A stretch of 64,000 bases of DNA from positions 64,798 to 128,797 of the forward strand of contig JAKPDB010000176.1 of the NCBI GenBank assembly GCA_029552985.1, written 5' to 3'. A program made the translations under genes and the position numbers. Below the pieces are notes generated by a model that saw only the letters and a program-made list of their open reading frames with translations, ran no database searches and had not been told where the DNA came from. Source of the stretch: a bacterium (GTDB lineage: Bacteria; Ratteibacteria; UBA8468; B48-G9; DTJG01). Positions 35,754 to 46,878 of this stretch are shown here, piece after piece. The first letter of the stretch is position 1. The number at the start of each line of letters is the position of its first letter.

Positions 35754-36815
35754 TTAAATGTTCATATCGTTCTGTGGGGGAAAAACTATTCTTTTCTGAA
35801 TATAAAATGCTGTTCGCACAAACGATGTTTCTGAATATTTTTTTAGATTTTCGCACAATGGAATCAAAGTATCTGTATCAGAAGCCACTCCGATCCGAAC
35901 TGTATACATATTTTTAATTTTTTCAACTCTCACATTTTCGTAACCTTCTGAAAGAAGTGTTTTTGCAAATTCAATTGCCTGCGTCTTTTTATTCCCTGCA
36001 AATGAAGCCACCTGAACAGTAAGAATTTTCTGGGTTCTATCAATGGTATCAGAAATTGCAACTGCTTGATTTTTTGTTGTATTATTCTGATTGATAGCTA
36101 ATTGTGAGGCAATAATTTCCGTTTTTTTACTGGATTGGTAATTTGCCGAACTATCTTTCAAAATAGACCGATATGTATTTGCTTTTGTAATAAAAATGTC
36201 TGTGTCTCCTGTTTCAATTGCATCAGATAATTTCACTTCACTGCCTCCAGCATTTTCGATAGAATCAGAGTTAACATAAAGAACAAATTGTTTATCCTTA
36301 TATTTTAAAATCACTCTGTCTGGAAGAATTTTTTGAACAAGATACCCCGATTTTATTTCATTTTCTGCCTTGATTTCGTCATCAAGAATCACCATTGGTT
36401 TTTCTTTATCATACACAATTCCAGAGATCTTGAAATCCGGTGCAGGGATTTCCTGAACAAGGATACTGGTATATTCTGAAGGTCTGGTTCCAGTAGATAT
36501 TTGTTTTGCTCCTGGTTTTACAAACGGGTCTCTTGATACAGAAACAGACGAAACCCGATGTTCCTCCTCTATGGATTTTACAAGAGATTGCACCTTACTG
36601 ATTGACTGGTCTATTTCCTGAAAACTGAATATTCTGTCCTGTTTAGACGACGAAGTTTCACCCTTCTGTATGTTTATTTTCTCAGCTTTTCCATCAGGAG
36701 ATGAAATTGTTATTGTTTTTAGTTTCACTGGCTTTAATGCCCGCACAAGAGTAAAGATAAAAATCACAAGTAACACCAGAAGCAGAATTACATTTTTCTT
36801 ATTTTTTTTGTCCAT
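35754..36815 (-). CDS. PilP/GspC-like protein fused to a C-terminal SPOR domain
   Basis: N-terminal TM. The central segment FKISGIVYDKEKPMVILDDEI...YLVQKILPDRVILKYKDKQFVLY is like the PilP/GspC beta-sandwich. The C-terminal ~75 aa (LTVQVASFAGNKKTQAIEFAKTLLSEGYENVRVEKIKNMYTVRIGVASDTD) has a SPOR-like pattern. Confidence 0.55.
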   Translation of the reverse strand: MDKKNKKNVILLLVLLVIFIFTLVRALKPVKLKTITISSPDGKAEKINIQKGETSSSKQDRIFSFQEIDQSISKVQSLVKSIEEEHRVSSVSVSRDPFVKPGAKQISTGTRPSEYTSILVQEIPAPDFKISGIVYDKEKPMVILDDEIKAENEIKSGYLVQKILPDRVILKYKDKQFVLYVNSDSIENAGGSEVKLSDAIETGDTDIFITKANTYRSILKDSSANYQSSKKTEIIASQLAINQNNTTKNQAVAISDTIDRTQKILTVQVASFAGNKKTQAIEFAKTLLSEGYENVRVEKIKNMYTVRIGVASDTDTLIPLCENLKKYSETSFVRTAFYIQKRIVFPPQNDMNI

Positions 36816-36818
36816 GGC

Positions 36819-37343
36819 TTACTCCAGTTTTTTAATACCTGAAACTTTTAAACTCACTGATATTCCATCTTCGAAACTAGTAATTTCTACAGAATCTATT
36901 TTAAGAAATTTCTGCGAAGTTTCTATTCCATTTATGAAACTGAGAATACCAGAGAAATTCCCCTTGCAGGATACATTCCAGGTGTAATATTTCTCATCGA
37001 CCTTTTCAGCCGGCTGGAAACCTGTAATCTCTAAGTTCAATCTTTCTGCAATTGAAGATATGTGCTGAAAAACCATTAAATTTGGATCGTATCCAGTGTT
37101 AATCCAGAGAAATTGGTTGAGTTTATTTCCTGCATTATTAATGGTTTTTCTTATCGTATTAACATAGTCAGGATAGTTTTTCAGTTTCATATAGTCGTAT
37201 TCAAGAGATGTTTTCTCATTCCTGTATTGCTGCAAAATTGTTTGCTGCTGCCTTATCACGATATTATTGATAATCAACCAGGTGCTACCGTAAAGAACAA
37301 GCATAATCACAAAATGAGTTCTTATTGATGATACCTTTTCCAT
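36819..37343 (-). CDS. pilO: PilO-like pilus assembly protein
   Basis: 174 aa with a single N-terminal TM. Size and position between the PilN-like and PilP-like genes. No strong motif. Confidence 0.5.
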   Translation of the reverse strand: MEKVSSIRTHFVIMLVLYGSTWLIINNIVIRQQQTILQQYRNEKTSLEYDYMKLKNYPDYVNTIRKTINNAGNKLNQFLWINTGYDPNLMVFQHISSIAERLNLEITGFQPAEKVDEKYYTWNVSCKGNFSGILSFINGIETSQKFLKIDSVEITSFEDGISVSLKVSGIKKLE

Positions 37344-37934
37344 TCACTTTTCCTTTAGCATACATTCAATTCTAAATGTCGTTATTTGCTCTTTTGGCGA
37401 TTTGCCTGTGTTTTTAATTTCCGCAAGAGAAATGCTTGAAAATTCTGCACCTGAATTTTTTTTCAGATTATCCATAAAATCTGCAAGATACTTCCTTGTG
37501 CCTGAAATTTCGGAATTGATGTATCCTTCAATCACAAAAACCTTTGAAGCATCTTTATTTGCCTGATTGAGTGAGATTTTTCCCAACCATATTTTTTCTG
37601 GAAGAGAGCCAATCACAATGCTAAATTTCTTTCCCCACAGTATTCTTTTTTTGCACTCTTCTTGGGCAAGAAATAATTTTTTTGCAATTTCATCCATCTG
37701 GTTTTTGTATTTTTCAAGTTCCTGAACAACGCCATATTCACTTTTAATCTTTTGATTGTACTGTTCAATACTTGTGAGTATCGAGTTAATCGCAATCCGG
37801 TTTGACAAAAATGAAATTCCTGCAAGTATCAAAACACATACAAAACCAATGATGTAGATTAAAATCACTCTTATCAGAAACACCCTTTGATAATATTGTT
37901 GCTGCCGCTTTTTCAATAAATTTATTTCTATCAT
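37344..37934 (-). CDS. pilN: PilN-like pilus assembly protein
   Basis: Starts MIEINLLKKRQQ (canonical PilN N-terminus) at ATG 37934, overlapping the pilM stop as ATGA. TM helix, then coiled-coil. The ORF track extends 14 codons further upstream. Confidence 0.7.
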   Translation of the reverse strand: MIEINLLKKRQQQYYQRVFLIRVILIYIIGFVCVLILAGISFLSNRIAINSILTSIEQYNQKIKSEYGVVQELEKYKNQMDEIAKKLFLAQEECKKRILWGKKFSIVIGSLPEKIWLGKISLNQANKDASKVFVIEGYINSEISGTRKYLADFMDNLKKNSGAEFSSISLAEIKNTGKSPKEQITTFRIECMLKEK

Positions 37935-38935
37935 ATCAGTTTCCTTGCCACCAGCCCCAGTGCCTGGCTGAAACATACTTCAAGGCATCTGGACTGGTCT
38001 GTTTTGCAGTACTGATATAATCCTTCCATTGGTTTCCAGATATTTCCAGAAATTCCAAGATTTTCTTCCACAATTTTTATAAACCCTGGAAGTAAGCTTG
38101 AGCCACCTGTCAACAGAAATTTTTCTATTTTTTTTTGCGTTCGTGTTTCAAAATACCTGATCGATGTTAATATTTCCTGTAAAACATCAGCCGAAGCACT
38201 TTGTAAAATTTTTTCAACATCCTGCTGAAAATCCGGATTTTTTTTGAATTGCTCTGCTTCTGACACAGAAATTTTTTTTAATTTACTGATTTCAACATTA
38301 ATATTGTCGCCGCCAAAATCAATGTCCCTGACAAAAACAAATCCATTTTTTTCAACGATTGCAAGGACTGTATGGCCTGCTCCCACATCAATAATCGCAA
38401 CATTACCATAAGAATTATTACTCAGGGTTTTGTAACAATTTACAAGAGCAAGTCCACCCACGTCCATAATAACTGGCCTTAAACCGCTCATCAAAAGCGT
38501 ATTGACAAAAAAGTCACATTTTGGCTTTGAAAGCCCCACAAGCATCACAGTGTGTTTTCCTGAAGTAGAAGGTAAAACAGTGTAATCATATTCAATCTTT
38601 TCCACTCCACCAGGAATGACTTGAAGAACCTCAAGTTCAACAACGCTTTTGATTTCTTCAGGAGGAATATCAGGGATGTCAAAATAGTGGATTATCAAGC
38701 CATCGCCACTGATACCGCAAACAGTTTCTTTTTTTCTGATATCAATTTTTTTTAAAAATTCTTTCAAAAAACCAGAAAACTGTTTCTGGCTATTTTCATT
38801 CAGATTAATATGAGCATGTGGCAAAGGATTACGAATTATCCCTGCTGTTTTGATGAAAAATTTCCCTTTTTTCGCATAACCTTCAATCACCTTAATGTAA
38901 TGCGACCCAATGTCCAGCCCAAGGCAAACATTCAT
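37931..38935 (-). CDS. pilM: Type IV pilus assembly ATPase-fold protein PilM
   Basis: 334 aa with an actin/FtsA-like fold pattern (LGLDIGSHYIKVIE...IIDVGAGHTVLAI...LLTGGSSLLPGF). Confidence 0.85.
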   Translation of the reverse strand: MNVCLGLDIGSHYIKVIEGYAKKGKFFIKTAGIIRNPLPHAHINLNENSQKQFSGFLKEFLKKIDIRKKETVCGISGDGLIIHYFDIPDIPPEEIKSVVELEVLQVIPGGVEKIEYDYTVLPSTSGKHTVMLVGLSKPKCDFFVNTLLMSGLRPVIMDVGGLALVNCYKTLSNNSYGNVAIIDVGAGHTVLAIVEKNGFVFVRDIDFGGDNINVEISKLKKISVSEAEQFKKNPDFQQDVEKILQSASADVLQEILTSIRYFETRTQKKIEKFLLTGGSSLLPGFIKIVEENLGISGNIWKPMEGLYQYCKTDQSRCLEVCFSQALGLVARKLI

Positions 38936-38958
38936 ATTAACCTGATAGCCCTCTGGCT

Positions 38959-39357
38959 TTATAACCCAGAATAACTTATTGTTGCACCACCGGCATTAGT
39001 ATAGGTCATTGTCACTGTTACACCTGCTGCTGTTCCGGTTCCAGTGGTTGTTGCAGTAAATCCTGAGGCAGAAACCCCACTTAATGTATAATCCGTAAAA
39101 TATTTATTACCTGCAGTCTCAACATTGAGGTCTGACTTGTTGCTTGTATAGGTGTTATTTTCAGCATAATAAACCTTCTGAGCAGTAAGAACCGAACCAA
39201 GAAGCGCTGCGCCTTCTGATGCTGCTGCCTTCTTAATATTGCTTCTGTAAATTGGAATCGCAACAGCAGCCAGAATCCCAACAATAATCACCACCACCAT
39301 CAGCTCAATGAGAGTAAAACCCTTTTTTGAATTTTTTGATTTCCTCACTTCAATCAC
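38959..39357 (-). CDS. pilA: Type IV major pilin
   Basis: GTG start. The 13-aa leader ends KKG|[24 protein letters not shown]. 132 aa. The C-terminal part is Thr/Gly-rich ([20 protein letters not shown]). Confidence 0.9.
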   Translation of the reverse strand: MIEVRKSKNSKKGFTLIELMVVVIIVGILAAVAIPIYRSNIKKAAASEGAALLGSVLTAQKVYYAENNTYTSNKSDLNVETAGNKYFTDYTLSGVSASGFTATTTGTGTAAGVTVTMTYTNAGGATISYSGL

Positions 39358-39378
39358 CCCCTTTCTATTATTAAATAA

Positions 39379-39408
39379 ATTCTACTTCATCAAGACCCTT
39401 GCTGTCAA
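39379..39408 (-). promoter_or_regulatory. Putative sigma70-type promoter of pilA
   Basis: On the minus strand: TTGACA (39408-39403), 18-nt spacer, TAGAAT (39384-39379). No sigma54 GG-N10-GC element noticed. Confidence 0.45.
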
Positions 39409-39432
39409 ATCAATTAACAGAATCTAAATTCC

Positions 39433-41256
39433 GTGATAAACTATCCAAAAAGCAAAATGACTTCCAATAAATATAAATTTTGCGCGTCAGTTTCAGCATT
39501 GATAATTTTTTTTGCTACATTCCTTGCCTATTCAAATACTTTTTCTGTCCCATTTCAATTTGACGACATTGCATGCATTGCAAACAACTGGAGAATTTTG
39601 CATCTTGAAAAGATTGGTGAACTGTTCAGATACTGGCCAACAAGATTTATCACTTATTTAACTTTTGCCATTAATTACAAAATTCACAATTTCAACGTTA
39701 CAGGTTACCACATTGTTAATTTACTTATTCATATCGGCTGCGGTCTTCTGATATGGCGAATCGCAAAAAAAATTTTTTCTGGTATGTTTGAAAATAATAT
39801 GACAACGGTTGTTGCGCTTTTTTCATCCCTAATATTTGTTCTGCATCCTGTACAAACTCAGGCAGTCACTTATATCTACCAGCGTCATACATGCCTTGCA
39901 ACGCTTTTTGTTCTTTCTGGTTTCATGTGCTGGATTAAGGTATTGGAACGCAAAGAAAACAGGTGGTTCTGGCTTATTATGTGTTCTATTTTCGCAATTT
40001 TAGGTATGTTTACAAAAGAAATTGCAATAATTTTCCCATTTCTTATCTTAATGTATTTTTTCTGGTTCAGAAATCGATTAAATTGTGTAATAAAAACATG
40101 GAAGGTCATCTTTTATTCTGCGTTTTTGTTTTCTATCATCCCGGCAACGCTTTTACTTGCTCATGGAATAAATATTTCTGAACTTCAATCAGTAAGTTCC
40201 ATGCAGGGCCCACCTGGTGAAATTATTACACGGAAGGATTATTTTCTTACTCAGGGACAGGCATTTTTAATCTATTTCAAACTGATTTTTCTGCCACTGA
40301 AACAAAATCTTGATTATGATATCAGTATTTCGAAATCCTTCTTTTCACCACCTGAAACCCTTGTAGGTTTTACGTTAATGCTTGCAGTCACACTTTTTTG
40401 TCTCTTACTTTTCAAGAAAAACAAAATTCTCTCTTTCTCTCTTGCCATTTATATTATATCAATATTACCGCAATCAAGTCTTATTCCAAAACCAGACCTC
40501 GTCGTAGAACACAGGTTATATCTCCCTTTAACAGGTTTTGCTCTTTTCCTGCCATCTTTCCTTTATTATATTGCAAGAAAAACGTCTGTTGTAACAGTAT
40601 TTTTGATAGTACTTTTATGCTTCTATGGTATTGCCACATATCAAAGAAATAATACATGGAAAGACGCCTTGACCCTCTGGAATGATACAGTGAGTAAATC
40701 ACCAAACAAAGCAAGACCATATTTGAATCGCGGTCTTGCCTATGCAGAAAAGTCTGATATTCAAAACGCTCTCAGAGATTACACAATGGCAATAAAAATT
40801 AATCCCTGGTATGTTGAGGCATATAACAACAGAGGAATCCTTTTTGCGTCAATAAAAAACTATCAACAGGCCCTTTCAGATTTTAATAAAGCCATTGAAT
40901 TGAAAGTTGATTATGCAACTGCCTATAACAATCGCGCAGTACTATACTCATCCCTCAACAAATGGGACACTGCCATTAAGGATTTTGATACAGCATTGAA
41001 ATTGAACCCCATGTATGTTGACGCTCTGAAAAATCGTGGTATCGCTTTTCTGGTTAACAAGAACATTGAAAGGGCTATTCAGGACTTTTCTACTGCAATT
41101 AAAATCTATCCTGAAAATGGACAATTATATTTTTACAGAGCTGTCGCATTGCTCAACAGAGGAGACAAAAAATCTGCGACGAAAGATATTATGTATGCTA
41201 TGAAACTTGGTTATCCAGTACCGCAGGCATTGAAAAAGATTCTTAACGAACAGTAG
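39433..41256 (+). CDS. Polytopic GT-C-like membrane protein with C-terminal TPR domain (TMTC/PMT-like, DUF1736-type)
   Basis: 607 aa, ~11 TM helices. The first loop has FQFDD (SVPFQFDDIACIANN) as in TMTC-type O-mannosyltransferases. The C-terminal ~190 aa has 5-6 TPR units (AYNNRGILF..., AYNNRAVLY..., ALKNRGIAF...). Divergent from pilA. Confidence 0.65.
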   Translation: MINYPKSKMTSNKYKFCASVSALIIFFATFLAYSNTFSVPFQFDDIACIANNWRILHLEKIGELFRYWPTRFITYLTFAINYKIHNFNVTGYHIVNLLIHIGCGLLIWRIAKKIFSGMFENNMTTVVALFSSLIFVLHPVQTQAVTYIYQRHTCLATLFVLSGFMCWIKVLERKENRWFWLIMCSIFAILGMFTKEIAIIFPFLILMYFFWFRNRLNCVIKTWKVIFYSAFLFSIIPATLLLAHGINISELQSVSSMQGPPGEIITRKDYFLTQGQAFLIYFKLIFLPLKQNLDYDISISKSFFSPPETLVGFTLMLAVTLFCLLLFKKNKILSFSLAIYIISILPQSSLIPKPDLVVEHRLYLPLTGFALFLPSFLYYIARKTSVVTVFLIVLLCFYGIATYQRNNTWKDALTLWNDTVSKSPNKARPYLNRGLAYAEKSDIQNALRDYTMAIKINPWYVEAYNNRGILFASIKNYQQALSDFNKAIELKVDYATAYNNRAVLYSSLNKWDTAIKDFDTALKLNPMYVDALKNRGIAFLVNKNIERAIQDFSTAIKIYPENGQLYFYRAVALLNRGDKKSATKDIMYAMKLGYPVPQALKKILNEQ

Positions 41257-42469
41257 CCGCAAGTTTGAAAATTGGAAGGTAAATTGCAAGCACAACCGTG
41301 CCAACAATCACACCCAGCCCGATAATTAACACTGGCTCAAGTATTGATGAAAGTATATTCAGAGTTACATCAACCTCGTCCCTGAAAAATCTTGAAACCC
41401 TGTTCAGCATATCATCGGTTCTTCCTGTTTCTTCACCCACCCTTACCATTCTCACCATCATTGCTGGAAACAATCTGTATTTTTTCATTTCGTCGCCCAG
41501 TAATTCTCCATTTATAACACCCTGCCTGATTCTGCCAATGTGATCCTCCAGTATTGTATTACCAGCAGTTCTGGCAACAATATCAAGGGCTGAAACAATA
41601 CTGACTCCTCCCTGAAGAAGAGTCGCAAGTGAACGGGAAAATCTTGCCAAACTAACCTTGAGAAAAAGGTCTCCAAAAACCGGCAGCTTCAATTTCAGAC
41701 CATCAATTTTTCTGCTGCCTGATTTTGTTCTCCTGTACCAAGAAAGAAAAACCCCCAGTAAAATCAGCCCCACTAACAAAAATGGAAAAAACTTCAGTGA
41801 AAACCTGCTTATCTGCAAAATAATTCTTGTAAATAGTGGTAGTTGTGCACCGAAACTTTCAAAAATTTCCTGAAATTTTGGCACAAGATATAAAAAAACA
41901 AATGCAACCACAGATACAAAAAATACCAGTATCACAGCAGGATAACTCACTGCCTGACGAACCTTTCTCAAAAGAGTCAACTGATCTTCAAGTTCTGACG
42001 AAAGGTCTTTCAAAACCTCTACAAGATTACCGCTTTCTTCGCCTGAAACCACAAGAGCCACATACAATGGGCTGAAAACCTTTGGATACTTTGAAAGCGC
42101 CTGGGAAAAACTGGTTCCTTCTCTGATATTACTTGCTATATCTGAAAGCACAGAAGAAAAAAACCTGTTCGACGTCTGAGAAGCAAGATCTCCAACAGCA
42201 TCAAGGATAGGAATTCCTGCTTCAAGCATTGTGGAAAGTTGCCTCGAAAACAAAGCCATTTCTGGAAGAGAAACCTTGCCTCTCTGTTTAATCTGTCTTT
42301 TTTCTGTAATGGCAACCAAACTTCCCTTTTCGCTTACAAGCCTTACTTCAACAGGCAAAAGTTGCTGTTTTCTTAAAATATTCATCACAGCAGTGTTTGA
42401 TTCAGCTTCCAGCATACCCTGAAGCCGTTTTCCTGACGAATCCCGTGCAACATAAAAATATTTTGCCAT
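41243..42469 (-). CDS. pilC: Type IV pilus platform protein (GspF/PilC family)
   Basis: 408 aa with two GspF-type repeats (LSTMLEAGIPILDAV..., LATLLQGGVSIVSAL...) and 3 TM segments. Confidence 0.9.
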   Translation of the reverse strand: MAKYFYVARDSSGKRLQGMLEAESNTAVMNILRKQQLLPVEVRLVSEKGSLVAITEKRQIKQRGKVSLPEMALFSRQLSTMLEAGIPILDAVGDLASQTSNRFFSSVLSDIASNIREGTSFSQALSKYPKVFSPLYVALVVSGEESGNLVEVLKDLSSELEDQLTLLRKVRQAVSYPAVILVFFVSVVAFVFLYLVPKFQEIFESFGAQLPLFTRIILQISRFSLKFFPFLLVGLILLGVFLSWYRRTKSGSRKIDGLKLKLPVFGDLFLKVSLARFSRSLATLLQGGVSIVSALDIVARTAGNTILEDHIGRIRQGVINGELLGDEMKKYRLFPAMMVRMVRVGEETGRTDDMLNRVSRFFRDEVDVTLNILSSILEPVLIIGLGVIVGTVVLAIYLPIFKLAATVR

Positions 42470-42472
42470 TTT

Positions 42473-44157
42473 TTACAAAGAAAGGGTTGAAGAAAGAGCT
42501 TCACGAATCGTAGTAATTCCAGCAATTGCCTTTTTGATTGCAGCTTCTCTTAATGTAACAAGACCCTGCTGTTTTGCAAGTTCCCTGATTTCATCATCGG
42601 ATGCGTTTTCAACAATCATTTTCCTAATGGGCTTTGAAATATTCAAAATTTCATAAATTGCAACTCTACCATGGTAGCCCGTATTATCGCAATCACTACA
42701 ACCTTTGCCCCTGTAAAGAATGATATTTTTGCCCAGCGAGAGACCATGCTTGTTAATAAATTCCTCTGCTTCAGGGTCTTCTTCCTTGCAATTCGGGCAT
42801 ATTTTTCTTACCAGTCGTTGCGCAAGGATAATGTTCAGGGAATCAGCGAGCAAGTATGGCTCAACACCCATATAGGAAAGACGGGTAATAGAAGATACTG
42901 TATCATTTGTGTGAAGCGTGGATATGACAAGATGCCCGGTCAAAGATGCCTGGACTGCGATCTGCGCTGTTTCGAGGTCTCTTATTTCACCAACCATAAT
43001 CACATCAGGGTCCTGTCTGAGAAGAGTACGCAATACTGCGGGAAAAGTCAGCCCGATTTTTGGTTTCACCTGAACCTGATTAATTCCTGGAATTGCATAT
43101 TCAACAGGGTCTTCAATTGTGATTATGTTGATATCAGGAGAATTAATGTAACTCAAACCCGCATACAATGTTGTGGTCTTTCCACTACCTGTTGGACCAG
43201 TCACAATAATCATCCCATACGGTTTCATAAGGGCTTCCTGAAAAATTTTCAAATCTTCTGGTTCAAAACCTAGTTGTTCCATTCCAAGAAGCACTGTTTC
43301 TCTATCGAGTATACGCATTACAATTTTTTCTCCAAAAATTGTTGGAAGCGTTGAAACCCTGATATCAAGTTCTTTTGAACCAACAAGAATTCTGATGCGT
43401 CCATCCTGTGGCAATCTCCTTTCACCAATGTCAAGTGAAGCCATAATCTTGAGCCGTGTAACAATCCCGGGATAAGAAGTTTTTGGGGGCCCTTGCATCT
43501 GGTGTAGCACCCCATCGATTCTGAACCTGAGAGACACCCCGTCCTGCATTGGTTCAAGGTGTATATCAGTCGCCTTTTTTCAACTGCCTGAAAAAAGATA
43601 GTATTGACGAATTTCACTATCGGCGCATCCTCAGCAGCGATTTTTAATTGATTGACATCTATTTCTTCTTCTGTTGACTCCTTAACATCTCCCAGCGCAG
43701 CTATTGTTTCCGTAAGGTCCCCTGTATTGGTGTAAAATCTATCTATTCTTTCAAGTATTTCCTTTTCATCGGCTTTAACCACCTTGACTTTTTTGTCTGT
43801 AATTCTTTTTATTGTATCAATTGCGACAATATCTGTGGGGTCCTTCATGGCAACTACGAGAACATCTTCAGAAAGAGCAATGGCAACAACAGTATACCTG
43901 CGCGCTATTACTTCAGGAATAAGTTTTACAACCTCTGGTTTAATACCCTTTACCCTTGATAATCTTATAAAGTCAGCCTTTTTTTGCTCAGTCAAACACT
44001 CAAGAAGTGCTTCTCGTGAAACATATCCGTTTTCGACAAGGATCTCTCCCAGAAACTTCTTTGTCTTCTTCTGAAGAGCAAGAGCTTCCTCAAGTTGCTC
44101 CTGTGTAATCACACCCTTCATTATCAGTAACTGGCCAAGTTCGTATCTCTCTGCCAT
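42473..44157 (-). pseudogene. pilB: Type IV pilus extension ATPase PilB/GspE, reading frame broken once (fragments 43318-44157 and 42473-43549)
   Basis: The N-terminal fragment has a GSPII_E_N-type domain (MAERYELGQLLIMKGVITQEQLEEAL...). The C-terminal fragment has Walker A GPTGSGKTT, DPDVIMVGEIRD, the His box TGHLVISTLHTND and the Cys cluster CPNC...CSDC. The frames join if the A6 run (T6 at 43575-43580 on +) were A7, giving ...AVEKKATDIHLEPMQDGVSLRFRIDGVL. Confidence 0.85.
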
Positions 44158-44180
44158 CTTTTACTCCTTTTCAATTCTGA

Positions 44181-46223
<2,043 letters not shown>

Positions 46224-46226
46224 ATT

Positions 46227-46874
46227 ATGAACTTCTTAAATTCTGAAGTTAAGATTGAAAAATTTACGGTCGGACAGATGGCAACAAATTGTTACATCGT
46301 ACATGATGACGATAAAAATGCGCTAATTATTGACCCGGGTGCCAATGCAGACCTGATTTTAACCCATATTGAAAAAAGAAAACTCAATGTCAGATACATC
46401 ATTAATACACACGGACATTATGACCACATCGGCGCAAATTATATAAAAAACATGCTGAACAGTCGTCCTTTGCTTGGAATACACCTCAGTGATGAAACGT
46501 TTTTAAAAAACCCAGAACTTAACCTTTCGATATTATCAGGAAATGATTTTGTTGCGGATTCTCCTGACTTTTTTCTTGAAGAAAATCAACTGATTAAAGT
46601 CACAGAAAAATTTCTTCTCTCTGTGATACATACTCCCGGACACACTCCTGGAAGTGTATGTTTGAAACTTGGTAATTGTCTTTTTTCAGGAGATCTGCTA
46701 TTTTGCGGCGGAGTAGGAAGAACAGACCTTCCAGGTGGAAATGAATACTTGCTATTCAAATCATTGCACAGGATTTTACAACTTGATAGGAATATGATAG
46801 TACTACCGGGACACGGACCTAAAACAACCATTGGCACTGAAATAGAAACAAACCCATTTTTAGTTTCTACATGA
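46227..46874 (+). CDS. MBL-fold metallo-hydrolase (glyoxalase II-like)
   Basis: HTHGHYDHIG (HxHxDH), TPGHTPGS, GDLLF, PGHGP. Confidence 0.85.
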   Translation: MNFLNSEVKIEKFTVGQMATNCYIVHDDDKNALIIDPGANADLILTHIEKRKLNVRYIINTHGHYDHIGANYIKNMLNSRPLLGIHLSDETFLKNPELNLSILSGNDFVADSPDFFLEENQLIKVTEKFLLSVIHTPGHTPGSVCLKLGNCLFSGDLLFCGGVGRTDLPGGNEYLLFKSLHRILQLDRNMIVLPGHGPKTTIGTEIETNPFLVST

Positions 46875-46878
46875 CATT

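Noticed and set aside
43570-43585. Canonical dnaX-type programmed -1 frameshift (X XXY YYZ) in pilB
   Set aside because: In the zero frame the site reads GAA AAA AGG, so the tandem-slippage heptamer rule is not met. Only single-tRNA slippage on AAA is possible. No downstream stem-loop or upstream SD-like stimulator was evident. It is kept only as a low-probability alternative to an indel or sequencing error.
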